A stretch of DNA of 64,000 bases. Origin: Lysobacteraceae bacterium. GTDB taxonomy: Bacteria > Pseudomonadota > Gammaproteobacteria > Xanthomonadales > Xanthomonadaceae. This document shows, piece after piece, positions 31,504 through 39,988 of this stretch. A model generated the notes under the pieces. That model saw only the letters and a list, made by a program, of their open reading frames with translations, ran no database searches and was not told where the DNA came from. The position numbers and the translations under genes are program-made. Positions within the stretch are counted from its first letter, which is position 1, and every line of letters begins with the position of its first letter. The stretch lies in the NCBI GenBank assembly GCA_031415095.1, contig JANORD010000363.1:1557-65556 (forward strand), given 5' to 3'.

Positions 31504-32427
31504 TTACGGGCCCGCGGTTTCCGCCAGCGCGTAGTGGGCGGCGATGCCGGCGAACACCGCCAGCCCCACCCACTGGTTGGCCCGGAACGCCAGGAAACAT
31601 TCGTCACGCCCGCGCCCGCGGGCGATCCAGAACTGCAGCAGCACCACGACGGCGGCGGCCGCCAGGCCCAGCTGGTAGTACAGGCCCAGCTCCGCGCGCG
31701 CGCCCACCAGCCACATCGCCCAGAAAAACCCGGCGTAGATGATTCCCAGCGCCGCCAGGTCCGCTTCACCGAACAGGATGGCGGTGGATTTGGCGCCGGC
31801 GCGAATGTCGTCCTCACGGTCCACCATGGCGTACCAGGTGTCGTAGCCGGTGGTCCACAGCAGGTTGCCCAGGAACAGCAGCCAGGCAAGCGGCGGCACC
31901 GCGCCCTGCACCGCCGCGAACGCCATCGGGATGCCCCAGCCGAAAGCCAGGCCCAGATACACCTGGGGCAGGTAGGTGTAGCGCTTCAGGTAGGGATAGC
32001 TGGCGGCTAGAAAAACCGCCGCGACGCTGAGGTACACCGTGAGCCGGTTGGTCAGCAACACCAGCCCGAAGGCCACCCCCATCATCGCCGCGAACAGCAG
32101 CAGCGCCTCGCGCGGCGACACCGTGCCGGCCGCCAGCGGCCTGGCCTTGGTGCGGTCCACCTGCGGGTCCAGCCAGCGGTCGGCGTAGTCATTGATGATG
32201 CAGCCGGCCGAGCGCGTCAGCCATACGCCGGCGATGAAGATCAGCAGGGTGCCCAGCGGCGGAATACCGCCCGCCGCCAGCCACAGCGCCCAGGCGGTGG
32301 GCCAGAGCAGCAGCAGGGTGCCCACCGGCCGGTCGCCGCGGATGAGCTGCCAGAAATGCGGCAGCCGCAGCCGCCAGGTAGCCGGCACCGGATCGGGAAC
32401 CGGCGGGGAATAGCGTTCGTAGGACAT
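31504..32427 (-). CDS. ubiA: 4-hydroxybenzoate octaprenyltransferase
   Basis: [34 protein letters not shown]. Confidence 0.96.
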   Translation of the reverse strand: MSYERYSPPVPDPVPATWRLRLPHFWQLIRGDRPVGTLLLLWPTAWALWLAAGGIPPLGTLLIFIAGVWLTRSAGCIINDYADRWLDPQVDRTKARPLAAGTVSPREALLLFAAMMGVAFGLVLLTNRLTVYLSVAAVFLAASYPYLKRYTYLPQVYLGLAFGWGIPMAFAAVQGAVPPLAWLLFLGNLLWTTGYDTWYAMVDREDDIRAGAKSTAILFGEADLAALGIIYAGFFWAMWLVGARAELGLYYQLGLAAAAVVVLLQFWIARGRGRDECFLAFRANQWVGLAVFAGIAAHYALAETAGP

Positions 32428-32542
32428 CGGCAAAGCCTAGCAGAGCGTCCCGGGCCGGCTGGCCGCCGCGCCCAGCCCTTGAACGGGCGGGTTCCTGGCC
32501 TCATTTTATTAATTCCTACAACCGCAACAGGAAGGCAAGACC

Positions 32543-32791
32543 ATGAGTCAGGGCCAGGGCTCCACCGGCAACATTATTGCCGCGATCGCCAGCTTCTTCA
32601 TCCCCGGACTGGGCCAGCTGTTCCAGGGCCGCTTCCTGTCCGCCGTGTTCTGGTTCGTGTTCGCCTGCCTGGCCTTCGTGGTGAGCTGGCTGCTCACGCT
32701 GAGCCTGCTGCCCTTCGGCTGGTTCGTGGTGAGCATCCTGGCCTGCATCAACGCCGCCACTTACACGCCGCGGCGCGCCGCCAGCGCCTGA
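32543..32791 (+). CDS. Small membrane protein (TM2-like)
   Basis: SFFIPGLGQ motif; RBS AGGAAGG. Confidence 0.75.
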   Translation: MSQGQGSTGNIIAAIASFFIPGLGQLFQGRFLSAVFWFVFACLAFVVSWLLTLSLLPFGWFVVSILACINAATYTPRRAASA

Positions 32792-32854
32792 TCCGGCCCT
32801 GAACCAGGCCGGCCCTTAGACCGGGGCCGGCTTCGGTGCCATAATTCCCGGCAC

Positions 32855-32931
32855 GCGCTCGTAGCTCAGCTGGATAGAGCACCACCCTCCGAAGGTGGGG
32901 GTCACAGGTTCGACTCCTGTCGGGCGCGCCA
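32855..32931 (+). tRNA. tRNA-Arg (anticodon CCG)
   Basis: 77-nt cloverleaf GCGCTCG...CGGGCGC-GCCA, anticodon loop CTCCGAA, T-loop TTCGACT; CATAAT -10 at 32840-32845. Confidence 0.98.
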
Positions 32932-32939
32932 ATTCCTTC

Positions 32940-32968
32940 TGTGACAACGTCTGTGCCTTGGTTGTGCC
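32940..32968 (+). repeat. Three TGTG(A/C)C direct repeats, integrase arm-site-like
   Basis: tgtgac 32940, tgtgcc 32952, tgtgcc 32963 (11-12 bp period) immediately after the tRNA. Confidence 0.5.
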
Positions 32969-32976
32969 AAGTCTTT

Positions 32977-32993
32977 TTTGGCGCGTCGCCGGC
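32977..32993 (+). repeat. 17-bp direct repeat, copy 1 (TTTGGCGCGTCGCCGGC)
   Basis: Identical to 36866-36882. Confidence 0.85.
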
Positions 32994-33010
32994 AATGAGT
33001 GGTGGCGCGT

Positions 33011-33430
33011 GTGACACCGCCTAAGGCCCGCAGGACCTCCCCCGCCTGGATCTTCCCCGTCCGGTTCCGTCGCGGCGCCTTAGGCTGGAAGTCCGACTTG
33101 GCCATCCGGCGCCTGGACGAAGCCACGGCCGAGACCCGCGCCCGGGTCCGTGCGGACCCGGTGGTGGCGGCCGAAGGGGCCGTGCGTCTCATTGAGAAAC
33201 TCTCGCCGGCCTTCGAGAACGTCGACGACTCCATCGGGCGCCTGCAGGCGGTCATCCGCGAGGTCTTCGAGCAGTTCGTGCCCGTGATCGGCACGGCCGA
33301 GGTGGTGGCCAAGACCCGCCGGGCCTGGCTGGGTCAGCTGTGGCACGCCATGGCAGTGGATGGATACTTGCGCCCCGCTCCCGTTCCGGGAGGGGTGCTT
33401 GACGCATTCTTTGGAGAATCAGTTGCGTAA
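33011..33430 (+). pseudogene. Probable N-terminal remnant of a helical hypothetical protein
   Basis: RFRRGALGWKS...DPVVAAEGAVRLIEKLSPAFENVD resembles the start of longer proteins (from memory); high-GC coding pattern ends near 33370. Confidence 0.45.
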
Positions 33431-34328
33431 ATCTTGGCTCGCCCTGGGTGCTGGCCTAACCGCGTTGGTGGCGGTCTGGGTTGCTTTCCATACAGCCCAT
33501 CAACCCGATACGTCGGCACTTTGTCGCGCCTCGCTTGATTCGTCCGCGCGAACGCCGGCTCATGCAGGCTGGGAACCGTCAGAGAAGCAGGCGTACGGAA
33601 AATGGTTCCTGCGCATCGAACCGTCTCGAGTTGCCCCGTACCATGTCCGGCTGACTTCTGTTCGGCCAGAGATGATTGGGCTAAGGACACCAGCCGTTTT
33701 GACAAGCGAAGCAGAGCCCACGGTCTTTCGCACCCAAGAAGTTCCATTGGCATCCGGTTTTTCGATTAAGTATCAAGGGTCGTTTGCAAACTTGAGCGCG
33801 CGTGGCGCAGCTGAGTTGAGCGCAACACGCCTCCCCGTTCTGTTTCCAGTCGTTGGTACGGTGACGATCACTCAGGCGGACGGACAGTTCTCAGGCCGCA
33901 TCACCCATACAAGGGGAAACGGTCAGTATCACGCCGTGGATATTGGTGCCGACTTGGGTACGCCGGTGCGTGCAGCCAAGAGGGGCGTGGTCGTCTTTAC
34001 TGAGGATCGCTTTGCAGACCTTGGTTGTCGGGATTCGCTTTACGCCTCTGTCGACAATGTAGTCACCGTTCTACATGACGATGGCACTGAGGCGATCTAC
34101 GGGCACCTTCGACAAGGCTCGGCTCGAGTAAGCGAGGGTGAGCGCGTCGAGGCTGGAGACCTTATCGCCCAGGTGGGGAACTCGGGAGCAAGCGATGGTC
34201 CGCATTTGCATTTTCAGGTGGGGGGCCTGACAGGCAGTGGTTACATGACCCTACCGCTATCCTTCAAGTGCGAACGCGGTACTGCTCAGTTTTTGCCTGC
34301 GCCTGGTCCTGTTGCTTGTAGAGGCTAA
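33423..34328 (+). CDS. M23 family metallopeptidase with N-terminal membrane anchor
   Basis: HAVD, YGHL, GNSGASDGPHLHF; TTG start with GGAGA RBS; AT-richer codon usage. Confidence 0.88.
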   Translation: MRKSWLALGAGLTALVAVWVAFHTAHQPDTSALCRASLDSSARTPAHAGWEPSEKQAYGKWFLRIEPSRVAPYHVRLTSVRPEMIGLRTPAVLTSEAEPTVFRTQEVPLASGFSIKYQGSFANLSARGAAELSATRLPVLFPVVGTVTITQADGQFSGRITHTRGNGQYHAVDIGADLGTPVRAAKRGVVVFTEDRFADLGCRDSLYASVDNVVTVLHDDGTEAIYGHLRQGSARVSEGERVEAGDLIAQVGNSGASDGPHLHFQVGGLTGSGYMTLPLSFKCERGTAQFLPAPGPVACRG

Positions 34329-34344
34329 CGCTAGCTTGGCTGGT

Positions 34345-34368
34345 GCATGAGCATGAGCATGAGCATGA
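34345..34368. repeat. (GCATGA)x4 microsatellite
   Basis: Four exact hexamers between convergent genes. Confidence 0.9.
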
Positions 34369-34536
34369 GAGCGTTCCTACAATTCCAGGCTGGAGAGTGC
34401 GACCTGATTGTTGCCGCGCGCTGGTAATCGATCGCAGAGGGAGTGAGATCGCGAGCCAACAGCGCGCGGAGGCCGACCTCTGCGGCCTCGGTCGAGCAGA
34501 CGGGCCGCGACACCTTGAGTCTGCGCGCAAGCGATT

Positions 34537-35418
34537 TTACTGCGTGCCGGACAGGGAAGACAGGTCGCTGAAGCCGTTCGGTCGCCACGTCATGCCAGTC
34601 TCCACCAGTGGTGCGCAGCCAATGGATTCCATCAGCATGTTGATAACGGGATTTCCATCGACGTAGCGGCGCTGCCACTCTGCCCTGGAGAAGTGCTCCT
34701 CTATTTGCCGCATCATGATCCCTGAATAGGAATACCCGATCGGTGGACCGAGCTTTTTCCTGAATGCGTCTAGCGCCGGTGATTCGACCGCCCCAAATAC
34801 CGCGGCACCCGCGTAGGCGTCTGCTGGCCATTCAACGTGTGAAATGGAATCGACGTGCGACTTCTCGGCCTTTGACAAAGAGCTGAAGAGAGAGTGAATT
34901 GGTCTGCAGGCAGGCGCCTGCGTTGCTTGGCGATCGTGGCCTGCTACTGAATCCTGAAGTATTTCCCAGAATTCTCTGATGGCCTCGGTCTCTACTCCGC
35001 GCTGGTGTGCCGCCATTCGCATGCGCGATCCCATTTGCTCCACGAGCAGGTGAAACGCCTCGTGGTGCGCTGTGAACAGCACGTCTGTAGGCTCGCGTAT
35101 GCCGACTGTGTCGAGGCCGCTGACGACGATTGCGGGCTCGCCACATAGCAGTCCGAGCCTTACCCGGGGTTTGCCAGGCTCTTTGGGGATAACGATGGGT
35201 TTGGCCAGGCAGGGGACATGCACCACTTGTGGCCCGGAGAAAAAATCGACGTGCCTACTGTGTCTAGGCCATCGGATCAGGCTTCCCTGAGTCCAGGCGG
35301 ATGCATCAATCTCTATCTTCAGTCTCGCACCGCCCACCTCAGCGCGCACCTGATGGGTACAAGACGCACCGGCCACGAGAATCGCGGCCAGCGCGAGGAG
35401 TCGAAATGAGCTTTTCAT
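34537..35418 (-). CDS. Exported HEXXH zinc-metallopeptidase-like protein
   Basis: Signal/lipoprotein-like N-terminus MKSSFRLLALAAILVAGASC; HHEAFH plus downstream EWPADAY. Confidence 0.6.
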   Translation of the reverse strand: MKSSFRLLALAAILVAGASCTHQVRAEVGGARLKIEIDASAWTQGSLIRWPRHSRHVDFFSGPQVVHVPCLAKPIVIPKEPGKPRVRLGLLCGEPAIVVSGLDTVGIREPTDVLFTAHHEAFHLLVEQMGSRMRMAAHQRGVETEAIREFWEILQDSVAGHDRQATQAPACRPIHSLFSSLSKAEKSHVDSISHVEWPADAYAGAAVFGAVESPALDAFRKKLGPPIGYSYSGIMMRQIEEHFSRAEWQRRYVDGNPVINMLMESIGCAPLVETGMTWRPNGFSDLSSLSGTQ

Positions 35419-35422
35419 CGGT

Positions 35423-35611
35423 TCAGCTGCTACCGCCGCCGCACCTGAGGTAGCCGCCGGTCGCCGTCTCAAAGGAAACGAGCTTTGCTTCGGTGCTTCC
35501 AGTGCACACGGCCCCAAGAATTAGGTCTCGAACAGCGCCCTCACCTGGGTTGGTCAAGCCGCCATCCCAACCGAAGATACGAGCCTTATCAATCCCAAAA
35601 AAGAGTCTCAC
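35423..35611 (-). CDS. 62-aa ORF, probably a chimeric remnant
   Basis: GTG overlaps upstream TGA, GGGAG RBS 7 nt upstream, stops 4 nt before the next ATG. Confidence 0.35.
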   Translation of the reverse strand: MRLFFGIDKARIFGWDGGLTNPGEGAVRDLILGAVCTGSTEAKLVSFETATGGYLRCGGGSS

Positions 35612-36624
35612 GAGCCATCTCCCTTGGTGGATTCGCGCGACGAGATGTTTCCCATCAGGGATTGCAAGGCGAGCTGCACGCGCTCATCCATGACCTCGCC
35701 CAAGCTCAGTTTTAGAGAAAGGGGATCCACGCAGCCCCGGTCCGCCGTGGCCTCAGGCGCGTAACGCCACAGCTCCACGACGCACGTCCCGGTGTCCGGC
35801 GTCGGGATGGTCCTGGGCGCATCTTGCTTCGGCCAAAGCCGGCTGGCGAGCGCGTACTCGGGCTCCGCAGGGTCGGCCAGGTCGGTCAATGCCGCCAGCG
35901 CACTCTCGCCGGCACGCAAGGTGACCCCAGCCGGAAGCTCCGCGATCCGAATTCGCAGTCGCTGCCGCACCGGGCTTCTCAGCAACGGCTGCGCCCGTTG
36001 CCACGCCACATCGCCCGTGGCGGCCAGGTGCAGCAACCGCTCCCGGCCCCGCACGTCGGTGCTAATCAGTCCACCGGCTTCGAGCTCCTTGACGGCCTGG
36101 CTCACGCCCGCCGGCGTACAGCCAAGCGCCCCTGCGGCGGTTGTGACGGTGATGGGCGGAAGCACACGCTGCAGCAGCAGCGCGATTAGCAGCTGTTGGG
36201 CGACCGGCCCCAGTAGCCGCACAGGCTGGGGGCGCAAGCGTTGTGGTCGCTGGGTTGTTTCGGCACTGCCGATGGCTGGCCAGAAGAGCTGGCGGCCCGG
36301 GACGACGAAGGGCTGCCCCAGTTCGACCAGGCGCCTGCGGACGTAGGGCGAAAGGTGGTCGGCGACCAGGCACACGCCCGCCGGGCCAGGATCGGGCAAG
36401 GCCGCCAACTGCCCGAGCTGCTTGATCAACTGCAGCGGCGGTGGCGGTTCAGCCTGGCGAAGAAACGCCGCCAGCCAAACCTGGCCGGCCAACCTGACCG
36501 GAAGTTGCTCGTAGCGCTGCTTCAGGTACCCAGGCAGGGCCGGGCCAATCCAAGGCTGCACAACCGGTTCGATGCCGGCGAGTTGCTGGACGTAAGCTAG
36601 AAATGGGGCAGCCAGGGGATGCAT
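35608..36624 (-). CDS. wHTH (MarR-like) / AbiEi-type antitoxin-like regulator
   Basis: RRRLVELGQPFVVPGRQLFWP, central HTH (AAGALGCTPAGVSQAVKEL), AGESAL, VELWRY, VDPLSL..S...DERVQ. Confidence 0.7.
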   Translation of the reverse strand: MHPLAAPFLAYVQQLAGIEPVVQPWIGPALPGYLKQRYEQLPVRLAGQVWLAAFLRQAEPPPPLQLIKQLGQLAALPDPGPAGVCLVADHLSPYVRRRLVELGQPFVVPGRQLFWPAIGSAETTQRPQRLRPQPVRLLGPVAQQLLIALLLQRVLPPITVTTAAGALGCTPAGVSQAVKELEAGGLISTDVRGRERLLHLAATGDVAWQRAQPLLRSPVRQRLRIRIAELPAGVTLRAGESALAALTDLADPAEPEYALASRLWPKQDAPRTIPTPDTGTCVVELWRYAPEATADRGCVDPLSLKLSLGEVMDERVQLALQSLMGNISSRESTKGDGS

Positions 36625-36645
36625 GGTGCCAGCTTACTATCAATT

Positions 36646-36670
36646 ACACTAAATTAAATATATTTAGTGT
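36646..36670. promoter_or_regulatory. AT-rich perfect inverted repeat, likely autoregulatory operator
   Basis: ACACTAAAT-taaatat-ATTTAGTGT, 21 bp upstream of the regulator ATG. Confidence 0.65.
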
Positions 36671-36695
36671 CACCAAATTTCCGCTCCCCTGTTGA

Positions 36696-36857
36696 CGCGC
36701 AACCAGAGTTGACCACCGCTGCGCGTTTGAGAATGACCATTTCAGCGGTCGGAGTTTCGTCCTTGCGGGCGTCTGTTGGCCCGCAACGCGATGAGAATCA
36801 TTCTGATCAGTTGGAAGCGCGCAGAAATCCTGCTTCCTGGTCAACTCTCATCGCGCG
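36696..36857. other. Nested inverted-repeat element
   Basis: AGAGTTGACCA/TGGTCAACTCT, CTGCGCG/CGCGCAG, AGAATGA/TCATTCT, TTGCGGGC/GCCCGCAA. Confidence 0.55.
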
Positions 36858-36865
36858 CCGACAGC

Positions 36866-36882
36866 TTTGGCGCGTCGCCGGC
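36866..36882 (+). repeat. 17-bp direct repeat, copy 2
   Basis: Identical to 32977-32993. Confidence 0.85.
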
Positions 36883-36900
36883 TTCCAGCCCAAACGCACT

Positions 36901-36970
36901 CATACCCCTCAGGGTTTATTTACAATTTATCCCTCCTAAGGTATAAATCCGGAAACCTCCCTCCAGGGTA
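36901..36970 (+). promoter_or_regulatory. hipBA promoter with HipB-type operators
   Basis: TTTACA-17-TATAAA (36919-36947); TATCC-N8-GTATA at 36928-36945 (consensus TATCC-N8-GGATA) plus two degenerate copies. Confidence 0.65.
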
Positions 36971-36976
36971 TCCGCC

Positions 36977-37228
36977 ATGCGACTTCGCGCCGACACTCCC
37001 GAACAGCTGGCCGCCATCCTGCGCGGGCGCCGCCAAAGCAATGGCCTGACCCAACGGCAAGCCGGCGCCCAGGTAGGCCTGCTGCAGAAGACGGTTTCCA
37101 GCCTTGAAACCGACCCCTCTGGCAGCAGCATCGCCAGCCTCTACAGGCTGCTCTCGGCGCTGGAGTTGGATCTGGTCCTCGAGCATCGGCCGCCGGGCGT
37201 GCGCGAGCCCAAAGGCTCGGGCTGGTGA
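36977..37228 (+). CDS. hipB: HipB-like XRE antitoxin
   Basis: Cro/C1 HTH LTQRQAGAQVGLLQKTVSSLE; C-terminal Trp as in HipB. Confidence 0.88.
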   Translation: MRLRADTPEQLAAILRGRRQSNGLTQRQAGAQVGLLQKTVSSLETDPSGSSIASLYRLLSALELDLVLEHRPPGVREPKGSGW

Positions 37229-37229
37229 C

Positions 37230-38558
37230 ATGGCGCGTCCCCGCACCACAGGCCAGCTGGCCGTCTGGATGAATGGCGAGCGGGTCGGCACCTGGTCCCT
37301 GCGCAGCGGCAACGCGCATTCGTTCACCTATGAAGAAGATTGGCTGGCATCGCCCGCATCGCGCCCCATCTCGCTATCGATGCCCCTGAGGCCGGCAGAT
37401 GCGCCTTACACGGGCGAAGTTGTCGAGGCCTTCTTCGACAACCTGCTGCCCGACAGCCAAGCAATCCGTCAGCGTATCCAAGCGCGATTCGGCACCACCA
37501 GCAGTCGCGCCTTCGACCTGCTGGCGCAGATCGGCCGAGACTGCGTGGGAGCCATTCAACTGTTGGCCGTGGGCCAAGAGCCAGAGGGCGTGGACAGGAT
37601 CAGCGGCGAACCCATGGACACCGCCGCCGTCGCTGCTTGGCTCCGCGCTACGCCATCCCTGGCAGGAATAGGCCGGCAGGACGACGATGACTTCCGCATC
37701 TCGCTGGCCGGTGCACAGGAAAAGACCGCACTGCTCTGGCATCGCGGCCAATGGCACCGGCCGCGCGGCGCCACTCCGAGCACCCACATTTTCAAACTCC
37801 CCATGGGGCGCGTCGGCAACATGCAGGCCGATTTCCGCAGCTCGGTGGAGAACGAATGGCTGTGCGCCCGGATTGTCGGCGCTTACGGACTAGCAGTGGC
37901 CGATTGCCGCATCGAATCCTTCGAGGACCAGAAAGCCTTGGTCGTGACCCGGTTCGACCGACGGCTCGCCGCCGCCAACACACACTGGCTGCGCCTGCCT
38001 CAGGAAGACCTGTGCCAAGCCACGGCAACCCCGCCGGCCATCAAGTACGAATCCGACGGTGGCCCCGGCATCGTGCGCGCCATGGATCTTCTACTGGGCT
38101 CGGCCAACGCGGCGGCGGACCGCGAGACCTTCTTCAAGACGCAGCTGGTGTTCTGGATGCTCTGCGCCACCGATGGCCATGCCAAGAACTTCAGCGTCCG
38201 TATCGAATCCGGCGGGCGCTATCGCCTGGCCCCGCTGTACGACATCTTGTCGGCCTACCCGATCCTGGGACACGGAGCGAACCTGCTGGCGCCCGAGCGG
38301 GCGCGTATGGCCATGGCCGCCATCTCGAAGAACCGGCACTACGAATGGTCGAAGATCCTGCCCAGGCATTGGGATGCGACCGCAAAGCGGTGCGGCCTGT
38401 CCGAGCAGCGGGCGCAGGCGATTCGTGTCGAACTTGCGGCTTCAACAGCAGGCGTGGTGGCGCGGGTCGCAGCCGAACTGCCGCGCGGATTCCCTGCCCA
38501 CGTGGCCGAAACAATACTCACCGGACTCACGCAGGCGAGCGAACGCCTCTCGCCGTGA
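37230..38558 (+). CDS. hipA: HipA serine/threonine kinase toxin
   Basis: SLAGAQEKTAL, HIFKLP, TDGHAKNFS, APLYD all intact; ATG 37230. Confidence 0.95.
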   Translation: MARPRTTGQLAVWMNGERVGTWSLRSGNAHSFTYEEDWLASPASRPISLSMPLRPADAPYTGEVVEAFFDNLLPDSQAIRQRIQARFGTTSSRAFDLLAQIGRDCVGAIQLLAVGQEPEGVDRISGEPMDTAAVAAWLRATPSLAGIGRQDDDDFRISLAGAQEKTALLWHRGQWHRPRGATPSTHIFKLPMGRVGNMQADFRSSVENEWLCARIVGAYGLAVADCRIESFEDQKALVVTRFDRRLAAANTHWLRLPQEDLCQATATPPAIKYESDGGPGIVRAMDLLLGSANAAADRETFFKTQLVFWMLCATDGHAKNFSVRIESGGRYRLAPLYDILSAYPILGHGANLLAPERARMAMAAISKNRHYEWSKILPRHWDATAKRCGLSEQRAQAIRVELAASTAGVVARVAAELPRGFPAHVAETILTGLTQASERLSP

Positions 38559-38564
38559 TCCTGC

Positions 38565-39362
38565 TCAACTCCCGCCAACCGGCACCATCAACGTCTGGTA
38601 AACCGCCTCGAACGCGTCGGCCGAAACGCTGACCTCACCGCGGAACGGGTAGTCCATAGCCGCAACCTGGAAGATCACCAACCCCAGGAACCCGCCCACC
38701 AAGGCCGTGAGGATCACATGGGTGTTGCGCGCCATGTCCAGCATCCACATCAGGAACACGTTGACGAAGGCGCCGGCCAGCACGACCCCCCACAGCAAAG
38801 ACGGGATGCCGCCATTCACGCCCAGCAGGCGCGCTTGTCGCGTCTGCACCATTTCATTGGCCAGGGTGAGCGCGTCGGACTGGATGTTTTGTTCGCGCCG
38901 GGTGGTGGGTTCGAACCGATGCAGGCTATCGATGTAGGCCGACACCAAGGGCGACGCTCCCGCGGGCACGATGCCAACGCGCTGGGCCGGCCAGCTGCGG
39001 TCGATCACTTCGCGGGTGTAATCACGCAGCTGGCGTTCGAGGTCGGAACCCACCGGTTCGGGCAGCGCGCCGCTCACCCGGTAAAGCGCCGAGAGCACCG
39101 AGGCTTCCTTGGTCACCAGATCCGACGTGGCCGAGAAGCCTTGGTACGCGGCGACCGCCAGCAGGCCCAGCAGCAGGCCGTAAAGCATGGAGAAGCTCGC
39201 CATCGAAAAGCCGACCATTTCATTGACGCGCGGATCGCGGTGCAGCCAGCGGTGGCACAGCCTGCGGAACAGCATCAGGCCAACGATGGAAACGGCGGCG
39301 AAGCTGAGCGTGAACAGCACCGCCATCAGCCAGGTGGAATAGTCGTAAATCCAATAAAACAC
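38565..39362 (-). CDS. DUF4239 (bestrophin-like) membrane protein
   Basis: LYGLLLGLLAVAAY, YTREVIDRSWP, MDYPFRGEVSVS; start uncertain (GTG 39362 or TTG 39383). Confidence 0.75.
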   Translation of the reverse strand: MFYWIYDYSTWLMAVLFTLSFAAVSIVGLMLFRRLCHRWLHRDPRVNEMVGFSMASFSMLYGLLLGLLAVAAYQGFSATSDLVTKEASVLSALYRVSGALPEPVGSDLERQLRDYTREVIDRSWPAQRVGIVPAGASPLVSAYIDSLHRFEPTTRREQNIQSDALTLANEMVQTRQARLLGVNGGIPSLLWGVVLAGAFVNVFLMWMLDMARNTHVILTALVGGFLGLVIFQVAAMDYPFRGEVSVSADAFEAVYQTLMVPVGGS

Positions 39363-39415
39363 GCGGGAACCCCCTGAAATCAAGCTCTCAGGATAACAGG
39401 GGCCTCAGGCCTGGC

Positions 39416-39670
39416 CTAAAGCTTCAACCCCCGCTGCCCCGGGCTCCAGCGCGCCACGTCCACCTGCAGCGTGCCCACGCCCAGGCCGCGCAGCCAGCGC
39501 GCCACCGCATCGAGCGAACTCCAGGTGCGCGGCTGGCCCTTGCCAGTGAGCGCGACGTGCGTCACCGCGCCGGCGTCGGCCTCCACGTGAAAGGTGGCGC
39601 CGTCAGCGACCGCGCGCACGCGCTTCACGGCGCCGGCTTGCACCAGGGCGCGCAGGGTTTTCTCATTCAT
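39416..39670 (-). CDS. Small mobile-element protein (resembles plasmid/ICE proteins annotated ParC-like)
   Basis: LRALVQAGAV...GQPRTWSSLDAVARWLRGLG; overlaps the RHH gene by 8 nt. Confidence 0.6.
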   Translation of the reverse strand: MNEKTLRALVQAGAVKRVRAVADGATFHVEADAGAVTHVALTGKGQPRTWSSLDAVARWLRGLGVGTLQVDVARWSPGQRGLKL

Positions 39671-39857
39671 CGCCTGGGTCCTTGAAGAGCTCGGGCTGCT
39701 CGGGGATTTCGATGCCGGCCGCCACGCAGTGCTGGCGGATCAGCCACTCCATCAGGTTGGCCACGCTGCGGTGCTCGCGCAGGGCGGCGATGCGCGCGGC
39801 TTCCTTGATGGCGGGGTTGATGCGCAGGTTCAGGGTGCTGGTCTTGGTGGGGCTCAT
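39663..39857 (-). CDS. Ribbon-helix-helix DNA-binding protein
   Basis: TSTLNLRINPAIKEAARIAALREHRSVANLMEWLI. Confidence 0.75.
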   Translation of the reverse strand: MSPTKTSTLNLRINPAIKEAARIAALREHRSVANLMEWLIRQHCVAAGIEIPEQPELFKDPGDE

Positions 39858-39988
39858 GCCGGGGGCTGCTTTGCGCTTGTGATTTCAATGTAACGCAGAA
39901 TACACTGCATTCGCTCCGATTCAAGGGGCGTCGCAGCCGGTGCGACAGCGCGGGCGCACCGTCACCGCCATCGAAACCAGGAGGCGGT

